The translations under genes and the position numbers were made by a program. This document shows, in pieces, positions 23,301-35,701 of a stretch of DNA of 64,000 bases. The DNA is taken from assembly GCA_958009085.1 (NCBI GenBank), contig OY253677.1, positions 62,001-126,000 of the forward strand, in the 5' to 3' direction. Within the stretch, counting starts at the first letter, position 1. Each line of letters opens with the position of its first letter. Under the pieces are notes generated by a model. That model saw only the letters and a list, made by a program, of their open reading frames with translations. It was not told the origin of the DNA and did not search any database. The DNA is from Protoeuglena noctilucae. Its lineage: Eukaryota.

Positions 23301-26300
23301 ATGAAGATGCTCGTCGAGTTGGCCACGCCCTCCGTCACGGAGATCGGCGAGGCCATGAGGTCATTGTTCTTGCTGTCAACAACAGTGATGGCCAGCGGGA
23401 CTAGGTTGACAGTGAACGAGGTGGAGATCCCAGCCGCGTAACCGCCGGCCGCAGCCTTGACCGCGCAGGTGTACTTGATGTCCATCGCCTTGTCGATCGG
23501 GGACGAGGCGGGGATCGTCAGCGGGATTGAGTGGCCCGCGGCCGTCTGAGTTGCGTCAAACGAGGCCAGGGTGCTGGGCACCGAGGACGTGCAGGTGACG
23601 GTCACCGCGCTCGTGGATGCGATGGGCAGGAGGATGCTTGCGATGGCACCGGCCGCGGTCGCCTGGCCCTCAACCACCACGGGCCTCAGGTCCACGAGGC
23701 CGGCCACCGGCGAGTACATCGGGTCAATGTACTCGTTGTCCAGCGACTCAGCAGGGAGGCCGTTGCTGTAGGCGGGCACGTTTGCGGAGGTCTTCCCCCC
23801 GACCGCGCGGATCGAGTAGGCGGCGACCATGACAGCCTTGGTGGTCGAGGTGGCGGGCACTGTCGAGGTGGACGAAGCCGCGCACGTGTATGTCACCGTA
23901 GTGTCCGTCGTCACGGCCGCGGGGGCAGGGACAGCGATGGTCGTGACCGCTGCCGTTCCGGAGACAGAGATCCCAGTGATGTCCTTCAGGACGGACGCGT
24001 TGCTCGAAGTGCAGTCCGCCGTCACGGTGTTGGCCGTGAGCGCCACGTTCAGGTTGAGAGTAATGACCGTGCCGGCAGCCGAGGCCGCGGACCCGGCAAC
24101 CAGGACGGGCGTCTGGGTGTGCGACGTGGCAATGTTGGCGTCGTAGTACTGAGTGGTGGGAGTAAGGCCCACGGCACCCGAGCCGTTGCCGGCGATGAGC
24201 GCAGGGGGAGCCACGAGCAGCGTGAACGACAACGACTCGCTCTTGGTGATGTGGGTCTGGGCAGACGAGCCCGAGCCCGTCACCACGTCAGCGTCGTAGC
24301 TGCACGTGTAGGTGATGAGGGTCGGCGTGGCGACCTTGGCCACGGCGGGGAAGCTCACGTTCGTGTACAAACCAGCCGCAAAGGCGACCGACGACACCGT
24401 GGCATTGCCGATGACCGTCGTGTCACTGGACTTGCAGGTCATGCTGCCCGCGGCGCCGAGATTGGCGGGAGCGTAGAGCTTCACCGAAGTCGAGTTGCCT
24501 GCCTGGCCGGCATACACGACAGGTACCTTGCCCTGGGCCATCGTGTTGAACTCGGCGGTCAGCTGATCGGTCGTGGCGCTTGCACGCGAGTTGCTGCTGA
24601 TGAGCTTTTGCTGGGCAGCGATGTAGGTGGCGAGGGCCGCGCTGTCATAGACCGGCAGCGAGGTGGGGGTAGTCCCAGTGCCCTCCGCCAGCGTAGCGCT
24701 CGTGGTCGATGCCGGGGTGTATATTTGAGCCAGGGAGCCGGCAACAGCCTGGGGGAACTTGGGCGTCACCAGGAATGACGTGGACACCGTCGCGCCGATG
24801 GCGATGCCGCCCACGTTGCCGCCCGGCGCCGTCCCCGTCCCCGTGTAAGTGTACGTGCAGGTCAGCGTCACGGACTGAGTGCCTGGGCCGATGGGATAGG
24901 CCTGGAAGACCGCGTCGGGGAAGGCAATGGTCTGGGGGGACGTGCCAACACCCGTGAGGGCCGGGATGGAGTTGGTGGTGCTCGTGGAGTCACCCAGGAT
25001 CTTGTCCGGCGAGCCCTTGCAGGTCCAGTTGACGCTGGACGAGGAGGCGGGGGCGTAGTTGGTGTCGATGCGCAAGACGTTGGCAAGGGACTGGCCCTCC
25101 GTCACAGCGACGACATCGCTGGAAGTGAGGACGTAGCCGGCCGACTTGGTAGAATCGCTGACGATTTTCCCGCTCGTGCCAAGGATCAGCTGGGCCTGGA
25201 TGGGCGCCACCTGGATCTTGAAGGTCACGTTGTCGCCAGCAGCCATCTTGCCGAAGGCGGCTGCCTTGCCGCTGGAGTCCACTGCCTGGCACGTGAACGT
25301 TACGGTGCTCAGGGACATGACATCGGCATAGGTCGAGTCCGTGCCGGTGGATGTCTGGAGGGGCAGAGCCGTGGCCGTCCCGGCAAAGGACGAGATCGTG
25401 GACTTGCTGGCGAGGAAGTATTTGAAGTCCGCGGTACAGGAGATGTTCGTCGTGCCCGCGACGCCAGCGGAAGAGTTGAGGCCGATCTTCACCAGAGTCG
25501 AGCTTGCCGTGTTTAGGGACTGCTCTGCGACGAAGCCCACGAGGTTCGTAGTCGCGCCGCCAGAGATGTCCACGTCTGTCCCGCTTGCCGGGGCAATGGC
25601 CGTCTTCTCGTCGAGGGCCTTGATCAGGCCGCCACCACCCGTGGCGTAGGCCACCAGCTTCATGGGGAGGATGGTCAGGGTGACCGAAACGGAGTCCGAC
25701 GAGTTGTTGCTGTCGCCGTACACGACACTGGTGTTGGTTGTCACCGTGGGCTGGCAGACGATGGTGACGGCCTGGCCCGTCGAGGAGCTGGGGATGTCGA
25801 GGCTCGTGTTGGGTGTGAGGCTCAGAGCGGATCCAAAGTTGGCGGCCGTGAGAGAGCTGGCCAGGATGTTGCTCGTGCTTGTGGAGCAGTTGAACGTCGC
25901 CGAAGTGTCGCCATCGGACCGGGCGACGGTGACGGTCGTCGTGCTGCCCTCGACAATGGACGAGGAGCTCAGAGTGGCCGACAAAGTGACCTTCTTGACG
26001 GTGAGCTTGAAGTAGACAGCGTCGCTCAGCAAGAACAGAGAGCTGTCCGTCTTATTCCCGTCCTTGTCCAGGTTTGTCACGGCGCACTTGAATGTCGTGG
26101 TGACGTCGGAGCCGTAGGGCGCGATGAGGACCGCCGTGGTGGCGTTGCCAGAGGCAGTCTGGTCGATCTTGATGTCGCTGAACGTCTTGGCATTGAGCGT
26201 TGCCACGTACGTGTTGGCGGGGGTTGCGCTGGGGTAGATGCGGTACGAGGCCGTCGCTGCCGTATCCTGGCAGGTGATCTCGACCGTGTTGGTGGTGCCG

Positions 26301-29300
26301 GGGTTGATGACGCTCGTCAGCGTGACCACGTTTGCGCCCGAGGACCCGATGGCTGCACCCTCGTAGAGAGTCATGACCTTGCACGAGTCGGTGGAGGTCG
26401 AGTCGAGGAGCGTCACGTCGAGGCCGGTATTGAGCGTCGCTCCGCTCACAGAGTTGGGGGCGGAAGATCCCGCTGTGATGCGGAACTTGGGCGTTACATA
26501 GAGTTGGAAGGACATGGTCGTCCCCGCCGTGAACCCGCCAGCTGTGGCGATGGGAGAGCAGTTGAACTGCACATACGTGGGCTGCACGTACGCCGTCGTG
26601 AGGACGCCAGCAATCTTGAGGGCCACGTCCGCCGTGGAGCCCTTGGGAAGCGTGACACCGGTGATGTCGCTGAGAACCTCAGGCACGCTGGAGAGGCAGT
26701 CCACGGTGACGTCAGCCGTGGGGGCCGAGGCGGGTCGGAGCTTTACCAGGTTCCCGTCGCTGTAGGTTTTGCCAACGAGCACGATGACCGTCGTCGAGTC
26801 AGCGATGGGGGACGACAAGAGCGTGCCAGCAGAGAGGGCGTTGCCGGAGCTCAAAGCGAAGGCGGCCATGTCGCCAGACCCGCCCGAGCCCGCCACGGCA
26901 GAGAAGGTGGAAGCCTGGATGGAGAGCGGGGCAGGTGAGGGAGCTCCCACGACTTGAATCTTGGTATTGAAGTACGCTGTGGCAGAGGTCAGGCCGGGCA
27001 AAGCGGTGGTCGGGGGGCTGGCACCCACGAGACCCGCGTCCATCGTGCCGGTATGCACGCATTGCATGTAGTACGTCCCGGCCTGCGTGAACTTAATGGC
27101 GATGCCGAAAGCCGAGGAGCCGCTGATGGTGCCGTTCGCACTGATGGCCGTGCTTGTCGCAGGCGTCACAGTGAAAGCAAAGCTGTAGCTTGTGGAGCCG
27201 CTGGTGGCCTCCGTGCTTGATGTCGCATTGGAGGTCGTGGTCGTCATGGCCCCTCCGACCTTGGCGGCGTTGACGAGGTCGTAGGAGTAGTACAGGGTGC
27301 ACGTGAGCCCAGCTGGCCCAGGTGTGCTGGCCGGGGTGTAGCCTTTGGTGGAGTTGAAGGTGAAGCTGTACGACTTGTTGATGACGACCGACGCCGTCGC
27401 CGCCCCCGTCAGGTCGTTCTGCTGCTTCAGAGTGACGCTGTCCTTCGAGTCCACGAGCTGGAAGACGTCCTCGGCACCTGAGACGGTGATGGCACCCGTC
27501 GTGAACCACTGCGTCGCTGTCGTGATGGCCGGAACCAGGCCCGTGTCGGCCGTGCCCGTGTGCAAGCACTGCATGTAGTACGTGCCCGCTGCGGTGAAGG
27601 TCAGCGCCACCGTCACGTCCCCAATCTGGCCGTTGGCAGCAATGGCGGTGGTCGCACCTGCCGCTTCAGTGAGCACGAACGAGTCGTTGCCGGCAGCGGC
27701 ATTCGTGGCACTGGAACCGCTAGAGATAGTCGTGAGCATGGTCCCGTTTGAGGCGGCCGTGCTCAAGCCGGAGTTGGTGTAGAGCTGGCAGGTGAGGCCC
27801 ACCACGGAGGTGGTGCTCTGGAGCGTGTACCCCGGCACCGAGTACAGCTTGTACGTGGACGTCACGCCCAGGGATGCCGTCATGGTCTGCCCCTTGGCCA
27901 GAACAAGGGATGTCGAGTCGGTGCTCTTCAGCTGGAAAACGTCGACGTTGCCAGTCACCGTCACCGCCGTCTGGAACCACTGCGAGGCCGTCGTGGTGGC
28001 CGAAACCAGGCCCGTGTCCGTCGTGCCCGTGTGTAGGCACTGGAGGTAGTACGTGCCCGCCGTGGTGAACGTGAGTGCGACCGTCACGTCCCCGATCTGG
28101 CCACTGGCGGCCACAGCAGTCGTGGCCCCCGTCACCTCGGTAAAGGAGAACGCGCTGCCTGTAGACGCGTCAGTGTGGGACGACGAGTTTGCCGTCGTTG
28201 TCGTCATTACACTGGCAGCGGACGTAAGATCCGACTTGGCGTAGGCCGTGCACGCGATCCCAACGGGGCTGGAGGAGCTCTGGGGCGTGTACCCCGTGAC
28301 CGAGTAGAGCTTGAGCGTCTGCGCCATGCCCACGTAGAACTGAGCCGGGGTCGCCGACGTCAGGTCCGCCTGGTTGGCCAGCGTCACCGAGTCGTTCTTC
28401 AGCGAGAAGACGTTGACGGCGCCCGTCACGGTGATCTTGGTCTGGAACCACTGGATGGCGGTGGCGAGCTTCAAAGCGTTCGTGTCCGTGGTGCCCGCGT
28501 ACGTGCACTTCAGGTAGTAGGTGCCTGCCTGCTTGAAGGTCACCGTGGCATACGAGCTGGTGTCCTTGACAACAGCGCCGGCAGTGTAAGCGGTGGTGCC
28601 CGCGGCGACATCGAAGGCAAAGGCCGCGGCGGTGCTGCCCGCCGGGGTCTGTGCGTCGACGCCTGACTGCTTGGCACCCAGAGAGAAGAAGCCACTGTTG
28701 TACACCAGCAGGGTCAGGGCCGCGTCCATGTAGGCCGTGCAAGCCACGCCGACGTTGCCGCTGTTGCCCGTGAAAGCCTGGCTCGCGTAGATCAGAACGT
28801 TGTACGCCTTATCGAGGGTGAAGGTCGTCGCAGTCGCGGTAGTGAGGTCGGACTGGTTGCTGATCACCAGAGGAGAGGCGTCGGTGGTCTTAAGCTGGAA
28901 GGCGTCCACGTTGCCGACCACCGTCACCGCCGTCTGGAACCACTCCGTCGTGGACGTCTTGGCCAGCAGATTCGTGTCGGTCGTGCCCGTGTGGAGGCAC
29001 TTGAGGTAGTACGTGCCGGCCATGTTGAACGTCAGGGTCACTGTCGCGTCCCCAATTTGCCCACCGGCGCTGATGGCCGCGCTCCCAGTGGCCTCCGTGA
29101 AGGCAAAGCTCGTCCCCCCGCTGACTGTGCCAGAGGACGCATTGGCGAAAGTGGCGTTGAGGATGTTGCCGGTAGCAGCGGTGCTCAGGCCCGTCTCAGC
29201 GCACGCAGTGCAGCTCACGCCGGCGACGTGGGAGCTGCCGTCACCAGTAAATGTGACAGTCGTGTAGAACTTGAGCGTCTGCGACTCGCCCAGTCGGAAG

Positions 29301-32300
29301 GACACCGGAGAAGTCGAGGACGCCTGGTTTGAGAGGGTCACGCTAGAGTTGGAAAGCCTGAGGACATCCACAGCCCCGGTCACCGTCACAGCCGTCTGGA
29401 ACCACTGCGTGGCCGTCGTGGTGGCAGAAACGAGGCCCGTGTCCGTCGTGCCCGTGTGTAGGCACTGGAGGTAGTACGTGCCCGCCGTGGTGAACGTGAG
29501 TGCGACCGTCACGTCCCCGATCTGGCCACTGGCGGCCACAGCAGTCGTGGCCCCCGTCACCTCGGTAAAGGAGAACGCGCTGCCTGTAGACGCGTCAGTG
29601 TGGGACGACGAGTTTGCCGTCGTTGTCGTCATTACACTGGCAGCGGACGTAAGATCCGACTTGGCGTAGGCCGTGCACGCGATCCCAACGGGGCTGGAGG
29701 CGCTCTGGGGCGTGTACCCCGTGACCGAGTAGAGCTTGAGCGTCTGCGCCATGCCCACGTAGAACTGAGCCGGGGTCGCCGACGTCAGGTCCGCCTGGTT
29801 GGCCAGCGTCACCGAGTCGTTCTTCAGCGAGAAGACGTTGACGGCGCCCGTCACGGTGATCTTGGTCTGGAACCACTGGGTGGCGGCAGTCACGCCCAGC
29901 GCACCCGTATCCGTCGTGCCCGTGTACAGGCACTTCATGTAGTACGTGCCCGCAGTCGTGAAGGTGACGGTCGCCTGCACGTTCCTGATCTTGTCGCCAA
30001 CCTTCAACGAGGTGGCCGTGGAGCCGGGGGCATACGTAAAGCTGAATACGGAGCCGGCAGTCGTCAGGCCAGTGCCCGACGTCTGGTTGGCCAGCGTGGC
30101 CGTCATTGCAGAGGCCGCCGAGGTCAGGCCGGAATCGCTGTAGAGGGTGCATGCAAGCCCGACAGCATCGCTGGCGACGCCGTCGCTGGTGAAGGCGGCG
30201 TTCGTGTACAGGTTGAACACGTTGGGCTTGCCGACCAGGAATCCCACCGCGGTCGCCTTGGACAGGTCGTCCTGCTCGCTGAGCACCAGGGCGGGGGAGT
30301 CCGCCGTCTTGAGCTGGAAGACGTCGTAGGCGCCCTTGACGATGACCTCGGTCTGGAACCACTGGGTCGCCTTGATGGAGAGGAGGTTGGCGTCCGTCGT
30401 GCCCGTGTAGAGGCACTTCAGGTAGTACGTCCCGGGCGAGGTGAAGGTCAGCTTGACGGTGGCGGTCCCGATGGCGTCCGTGGTCTTGTAGGACGTGGTG
30501 CTGGTCGACACGGTGAAAGCGAAGGAGGTGGTGTCCGTAGTATTGGAGGCCGCATTGCTGACGGTGGCGGTCAGGATGGTGCCCGTGGCTGCGGTCGAGA
30601 GGGCAGCGTCGGTGTACGCCTTGCAGCTGAGGCCCGCCACGCCGCTGCCGTCGCCGGTGAAAGCCACCGAGGGGTACAGCTTGAAGGTCTTGGCCATGCC
30701 CAGTGGGACGGTGACGGCGGTGGCGTCCGAGAAGGTGGCCTGGTTGCTGAGGACCAGGGGGGTGGTGTCCGTGGACTTGAGCTGCATGCCGTCCACAGCG
30801 CCCGTCACGACGGCCTTCTTGACGAAGTACTGCGTGGCGTTGAGGGCGGTGGCCGTCGAACCCGTCTGGATGCACTTGAGGTAGTAGGTGCCGGCAGCGT
30901 TGAAGGACACCTCCTTGACAGCGTTGATGTCCACGAACTGGCTCTGGGCGGCCGTCGAGACCGCGCCCGAGGACGTGAACTTGAGGGTGAAGGAGCTCTG
31001 GCTCGCGCTGCCATCGACGGTGAACACGGCGCCAGCCGACGTGGCGAAGGCGACGTCCGTGAAGGCGGAGCACGTGGCCTCGACGATCTGCCCGTCCGTG
31101 GTGGCCAGGGTGCTGGAAGCGGCAGCGTTGATGAGGGTCTCGAGGACCGAGACGTCGACCATGAAGTTCAGGGTGGCGTCGGGGAGGTCGGCGTATGTGA
31201 AGTTGAACGCGGTCGTCTGCGCCGAATTGGTGAAGACGACGCCGTCACCGACACAGCTCAACGACACGCCGGAGCGGCTGGCAGGGACGTTGGAGTTGAT
31301 GTAGATGCTCCCGACGGTCGTGGCGGCCGTCTCGGTGGTCGTGGACGTCAGAGAGAGGGAGGCGGTCGTGGTAGGGGTCGAGCCCGTCACGGCAGCCGCC
31401 GTGGTCCCGATGAGCAGGAAGCCCGTCGACGGGCTCGCCTCCGTGCACTTGATGGTGCCGGCCTGGTTCGGGATGTCGACGGCGGGGGTCACGAGGGTGT
31501 AAGCCGTGGCGCCTTGGCCGGCCACCCACGCCACGGGCGTCGTGACGGTGCCCCCGCTCGAGGACTTCAGGCTAAAGGCCGCGGGCACGGCGGCCTTGAA
31601 CGTCGCCGTGACGTTGTCCGCCAGATACGAGGTGACGACGCCATTCGAGGTGAAGTAGACACCAGAGGTCGAGCTGCTGGTCGTGCACGTGTAGGTGGCC
31701 GTCTCGCCGCCGATGGTGGTTGCGCCGGCCTTGAATGTGAGCGCGAAGGAAGTGACAGTGCCATCGCCCGTAGCCGTCAACGCTGTGAGAGTCGTGAAGA
31801 AGGTCGCGCCACTGCTGACGGTGCACGTCACAGTTGATGCCTTCGAGTTGGGGAGAGTCGCCACACTGCCGTCACCACCCAAGAACTTGACTTTAAGAAG
31901 AGACGAGCTGGCAGAGTCGGACGGCTGCACCAGGAGCGTGGTGGCGGCCGTGGGGCTGCCCGTGATTTCCGTCTCGGCGCTGAAGTTCTTGGCGTCCGAC
32001 GCGCGGAAGGCGGCCGTCTGGGCGTAGATGTGCACCGAGGCGGGGGCGACGACGCGGACGAGGAAGGTGACGGAGGCGGTGGGGAGAAGGAAGCCCAATG
32101 TCGATCCTACAACCATCGCAGCCGCAGGCTTGCACGTGTACTGCACCACCTCGGGGACGCTGCCGACGTTGGTGCTCGTCAGGGCGCCGTTCAACGTGAG
32201 GGCCTCTGTGCCACCGTCCGTTGTGAAAGTGACCGTCTGTGTGCTCGCCATGGACTGGGGCGTGCTGCCCTGGGGATACGTCAGGCCCGTGCAGTTGAGG

Positions 32301-33646
32301 GCGACGCTGGCGGTTGGTGCAGCGGCAGTCGAGCCGACATGGACATGTGCGTTGAGCGAACTCGATGCAGTGCTCCCCGTCGTGAGGAGGACAGTCGTGG
32401 CCTCGGTGGGCGGCGTCTCAGCGACGCTGGTGGCGGCGGCGAACGCTGAACCATCCGATGCTTTCAGAGCGGACGTCGTTGCCTTGATGTCGAGGGTGGC
32501 CGTGGTGAGGACGGCTACCTTGAAGTAGACCGTCTGCGTGCCGATGATGACGTTGGTGCCGTCCGACAGCGCCCCGGAGGCGACGGTGAGGGTGCAGGTG
32601 AACTCGTCGGTCTCGGCAGTCGCTTTGGCGGCACCACCCGTGTCAGACCCGATCAGCGTGATGACGGGTGCGGTGGCGGTGGTGGAGTTGATGGCCGTGG
32701 CGGTGACCGGGATGGTTGTGAAGTCACTGGCCGCTACATGAATGCATGCGAAAGACCCTGAGCCGCCGGTGGGCGCCGTCAGCGTCGTCCCATCGGCCTT
32801 GACCATCTTGATCTTGAAGTACTTGCCCAGGTTGGCGGCCGTCTCGCCGGTAGGGATATACACGGTGGTTGCATCCGTCTCGTTCCTGGAGGCAGTCACG
32901 GCCAGCTTGGTGTCGTCCGTCACGGCCGCCGGCGTGGCGGCCGTGTTGTACAGCGTGCGGCCGAGGCTGAGCGCCGAGGCCGCGGCCACCACCTGAATGC
33001 CGCCGATGGCGCTGCTGCTGGGGATGACGGCCACGTGGAAGTTGAAGGTGGCGGTGTCGAGGTTGTACGCGCCGCCGTCCGACAGAGTGTTCTGACTCGG
33101 CGTGCAGACGAACTTATACAGGCCAGGGTCAGCATTGGAGGGGATCGCGCCCGAGTTGGCTCCGACCAGGGTGAACATCTCGGTAATAGCGGTGCTGGCG
33201 GTGCCCGTGATGGTGGTGCTTGTCACCGCTGCTCCTGACCCTGACGGGAAGGCGAGATTGGTGGGAGTCCCTGAATTAGCCACCCACGAAGCCGTGCACG
33301 ACACAGTTGCGGTACCGGTGTTGCCTGCAGCGTTACCGCCAACAGCTGTACTGAGGTACGTTGGGTAGGCCAGGCCCGCAGCAGGGACCTGGAACTGGAG
33401 CAGGCCCCCGAGGGTGGAAGCCGTCGCCCCTTGCGCGACATAGATCGTCCCCTTGTTGATGATCGTGGCGTCGACGGTAGTCGCAGCGGAGAGCACAGTG
33501 TTGGCGGCAATCGTGCTGCCGCCCGGGACGTCAATGCCCTTTACGGACGTGCCTGATTGAGGCGACACCGTGACGAACAGGGAGTTAGCACTCGCCACCC
33601 CCGCGAGCAGTGCGGCCGCCGCGAGGGCGAGGGCCAGGCGCCGCAT
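20316..33646 (-). CDS. Giant (~4350 aa) secreted Thr/Ala/Ser-rich repeat protein with Cys-paired beta-rich modules and probable GPI-anchor signal
   Basis: ATG at 33646 starts signal peptide MRRLALALAAAALLAGVASA. Exons: 33646-21293, 21203-20886, 20806-20663 and 20573-20316, all GT-AG and phase 0. C-terminus: PTK repeats then KKSGAAATLVSSGLVVLGAVALLL*. Confidence 0.88.
20387..20482. repeat. Coding minisatellite, 4 x 24 bp (STPAPTKT units in the giant protein's stalk)
   Basis: TCTTCGTCGGCGCGGGCGTGGAGG repeated four times. Confidence 0.95.
27954..29879. repeat. Near-identical ~500-bp internal duplication in the giant gene (27954-28454 and 29379-29879)
   Basis: Offset 1425 bp. Shadow ORFs 28053-28244 and 29478-29669 are identical, and only a few substitutions were seen. 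Confidence 0.92.
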
Positions 33647-34525
33647 GACTCCTGCGTGTGGGCAGACGAGGGCGCGCCGTTGCTGCCAAGGCGCCCGCGC
33701 GAACAAATACCATCACTTTACTGTTCTCCTCACCGTGGCCGAAGGGAGGGACGAGTGGTGGACGGCCAGAGCGCGATCCACGTCCAGGGACTCCCTGCAC
33801 AGCAGTAGCACTGGCGCAGAGAGCGTCAGCGTTTTGAAGAGTGTAAAAAAAGTCGAGCCGGCCGGCCGCTCGCACCCAAGAGCCTCACCTAGCGAAACCC
33901 AGCAAGTCGGCAGGCGCAGAAACCCGCCGAAATCTAGCCACAAGAAGCTGTCGCCCCGCGCAGACACGCCGGGGGAACGTACGCAATGCAGAGTAGCCCT
34001 TGCGGGCCACAGAGATAGCTCAGAACGGCGATCCACCTCGGCAGTGAAACAGCTGAGATCTGGCAGCAAGGGGAGAAACCCTGATAATATTGGAGTAGGG
34101 ATGCGGACTGACATGCCAAAGCTTTCATTTTCCGCAAAGGGAAAGGATATTGGCTCGACAGCCGTAGTGCAAACATCATAATTTGCCTACCATGCATATG
34201 GACGATTTTATTTTTGCTTATGTTCATCACAGGAGTGTCTTTCTAATTTATTCAAAGCCCTTTCCCCCTTTTCTCTTTCCCAGAAATTGTTTTATGGATA
34301 TCTGTTGGTGAAGATGAGCGTTCGGCGTTCGGAGACACGCCACGCGAAAACTTTGTGAAATTACTCTTCCTGACTCAATAGCAAAAGTCGATTTCTTCTC
34401 CTTGCTGGAGGGCTGTTCAGGCGAAAAAATGGTGCCAGCGCAGTTTTGCTGATTTTCCTTATTCTGTGGCCTGCAAGCAGAGGATTTCTTCAACAGCACT
34501 GCCCCTGCCACGATCATTTTTCGCT

Positions 34526-35492
34526 TCACTCATACCTCTGCTCTAGCTCCGCGAGCATGGGGTCGGGGTCGAACCCCCGCTCCCGCAGCGCCTCGGCCAG
34601 CGCGGCCACCTTGGCCCCCTCCAGCCCCAGGCACGCCAGCAGCTCGTTCATCTCCGCCTCCCACTGCTCCGCGGCGCGCGCCCGCGCCCGCTCCTGCAGC
34701 AGCGCCGCGGCGTCCCGGCAGAAGGACGCCTGGGCTGCTGCAGCGGAATGATGCTGTGGTGGAGCATGCGGCCGCTCGTCCTCCTCCTCCTCGTCTGCCA
34801 CCTCCCCCCGCCTCGCCGCCGCCAGCTTGCTACTGCCACTCTTGAAGAAATGCGAGCCCTGCCGCTCCGCCCCCAGCGTGCCCCCCAGGCGGGCCACGGA
34901 CGCCCGCGCCCCGCTGCGTGGCCGGTGCGGGGAGCACGTGGTCGAGTCGTCGCCGCGGAAGAGCACGGGACCCGGGGGCGCCAGCGGCGGCGCGGGCGAG
35001 CGGCCGGAGGAGAACTCTCCTCCCAGGAATGGGTCCACGTAGCGGCGAGTCCGCAGCCCGGCAGGCACGGGGACGCCCAGGGAGCTCGGGCCCGTCGGGG
35101 GCGGGGCGGGCTGCGTAGAGGTTGGGGTATGTACGTGCGTGACATGCTTTCGGACCAGTGGGCCCCGCCTGCGAAGGCCCAACTCACCCCCGCTGCCTCG
35201 GCCCGCGCCTCGTCCTCCCTCCCCGCCTCGACCCAGCGCCCGAGCTCCTCGCTGTAGTAGAAGCTGCTCTTCTGCCCCAAATGCGCCGTGTGCACCCGCT
35301 TCTTCGGGCTCCTGGACGACGAGGACGACCGCTGCGCGCAGCGCGGGGAATCTGTGGCGTGAGAAGCCCGCACCGCAGCAACGGCTCGCTCCCGCCCGCA
35401 GCCCAGACGCTCACCGTGAAGCTCAGGATGCGCCCTAGGGCGGCCAGGGGCCCGGGGGCATCGCTCGTGGCCTCCCCGTCCTCGGTCGTCAT
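34526..35492 (-). CDS. Small protein with Sec16 C-terminal-like motifs and a Uso1/p115-like C-terminal motif
   Basis: AHLGQKSSFYYSEELGRWVE, PAPPPT and TRRYVDPF, then EMNELLACLGLEGAKVAALAEALRERGFDPDPML. Multi-exon with GTGAG donors; one junction is unresolved. Confidence 0.65.
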
Positions 35493-35701
35493 GCGTTTGT
35501 TCGCGCGAGTGCCTGGGGGGTTACGTGTTATGCAAACGCAAGCCTTTGCAGCTACGCCAGGCTCGCGGCTCGACCTCGTGGCGCCCGAAAACGCCAGAGA
35601 AGCTCTGACACGAGTTTGCTCGCTCCCCTCTGGACCCCGCGCGCCCTGCTTTCCGCAAGCAGTCTAAAAACACTCGACAGCACCGCACTGACACCGATAT
35701 C

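Noticed and set aside
33647..33706. N-terminal extension MFARAPWQQ of the 4140-aa ORF
   Set aside because: It starts at a non-ATG codon, whereas the ATG at 33646 directly opens a clear signal peptide.
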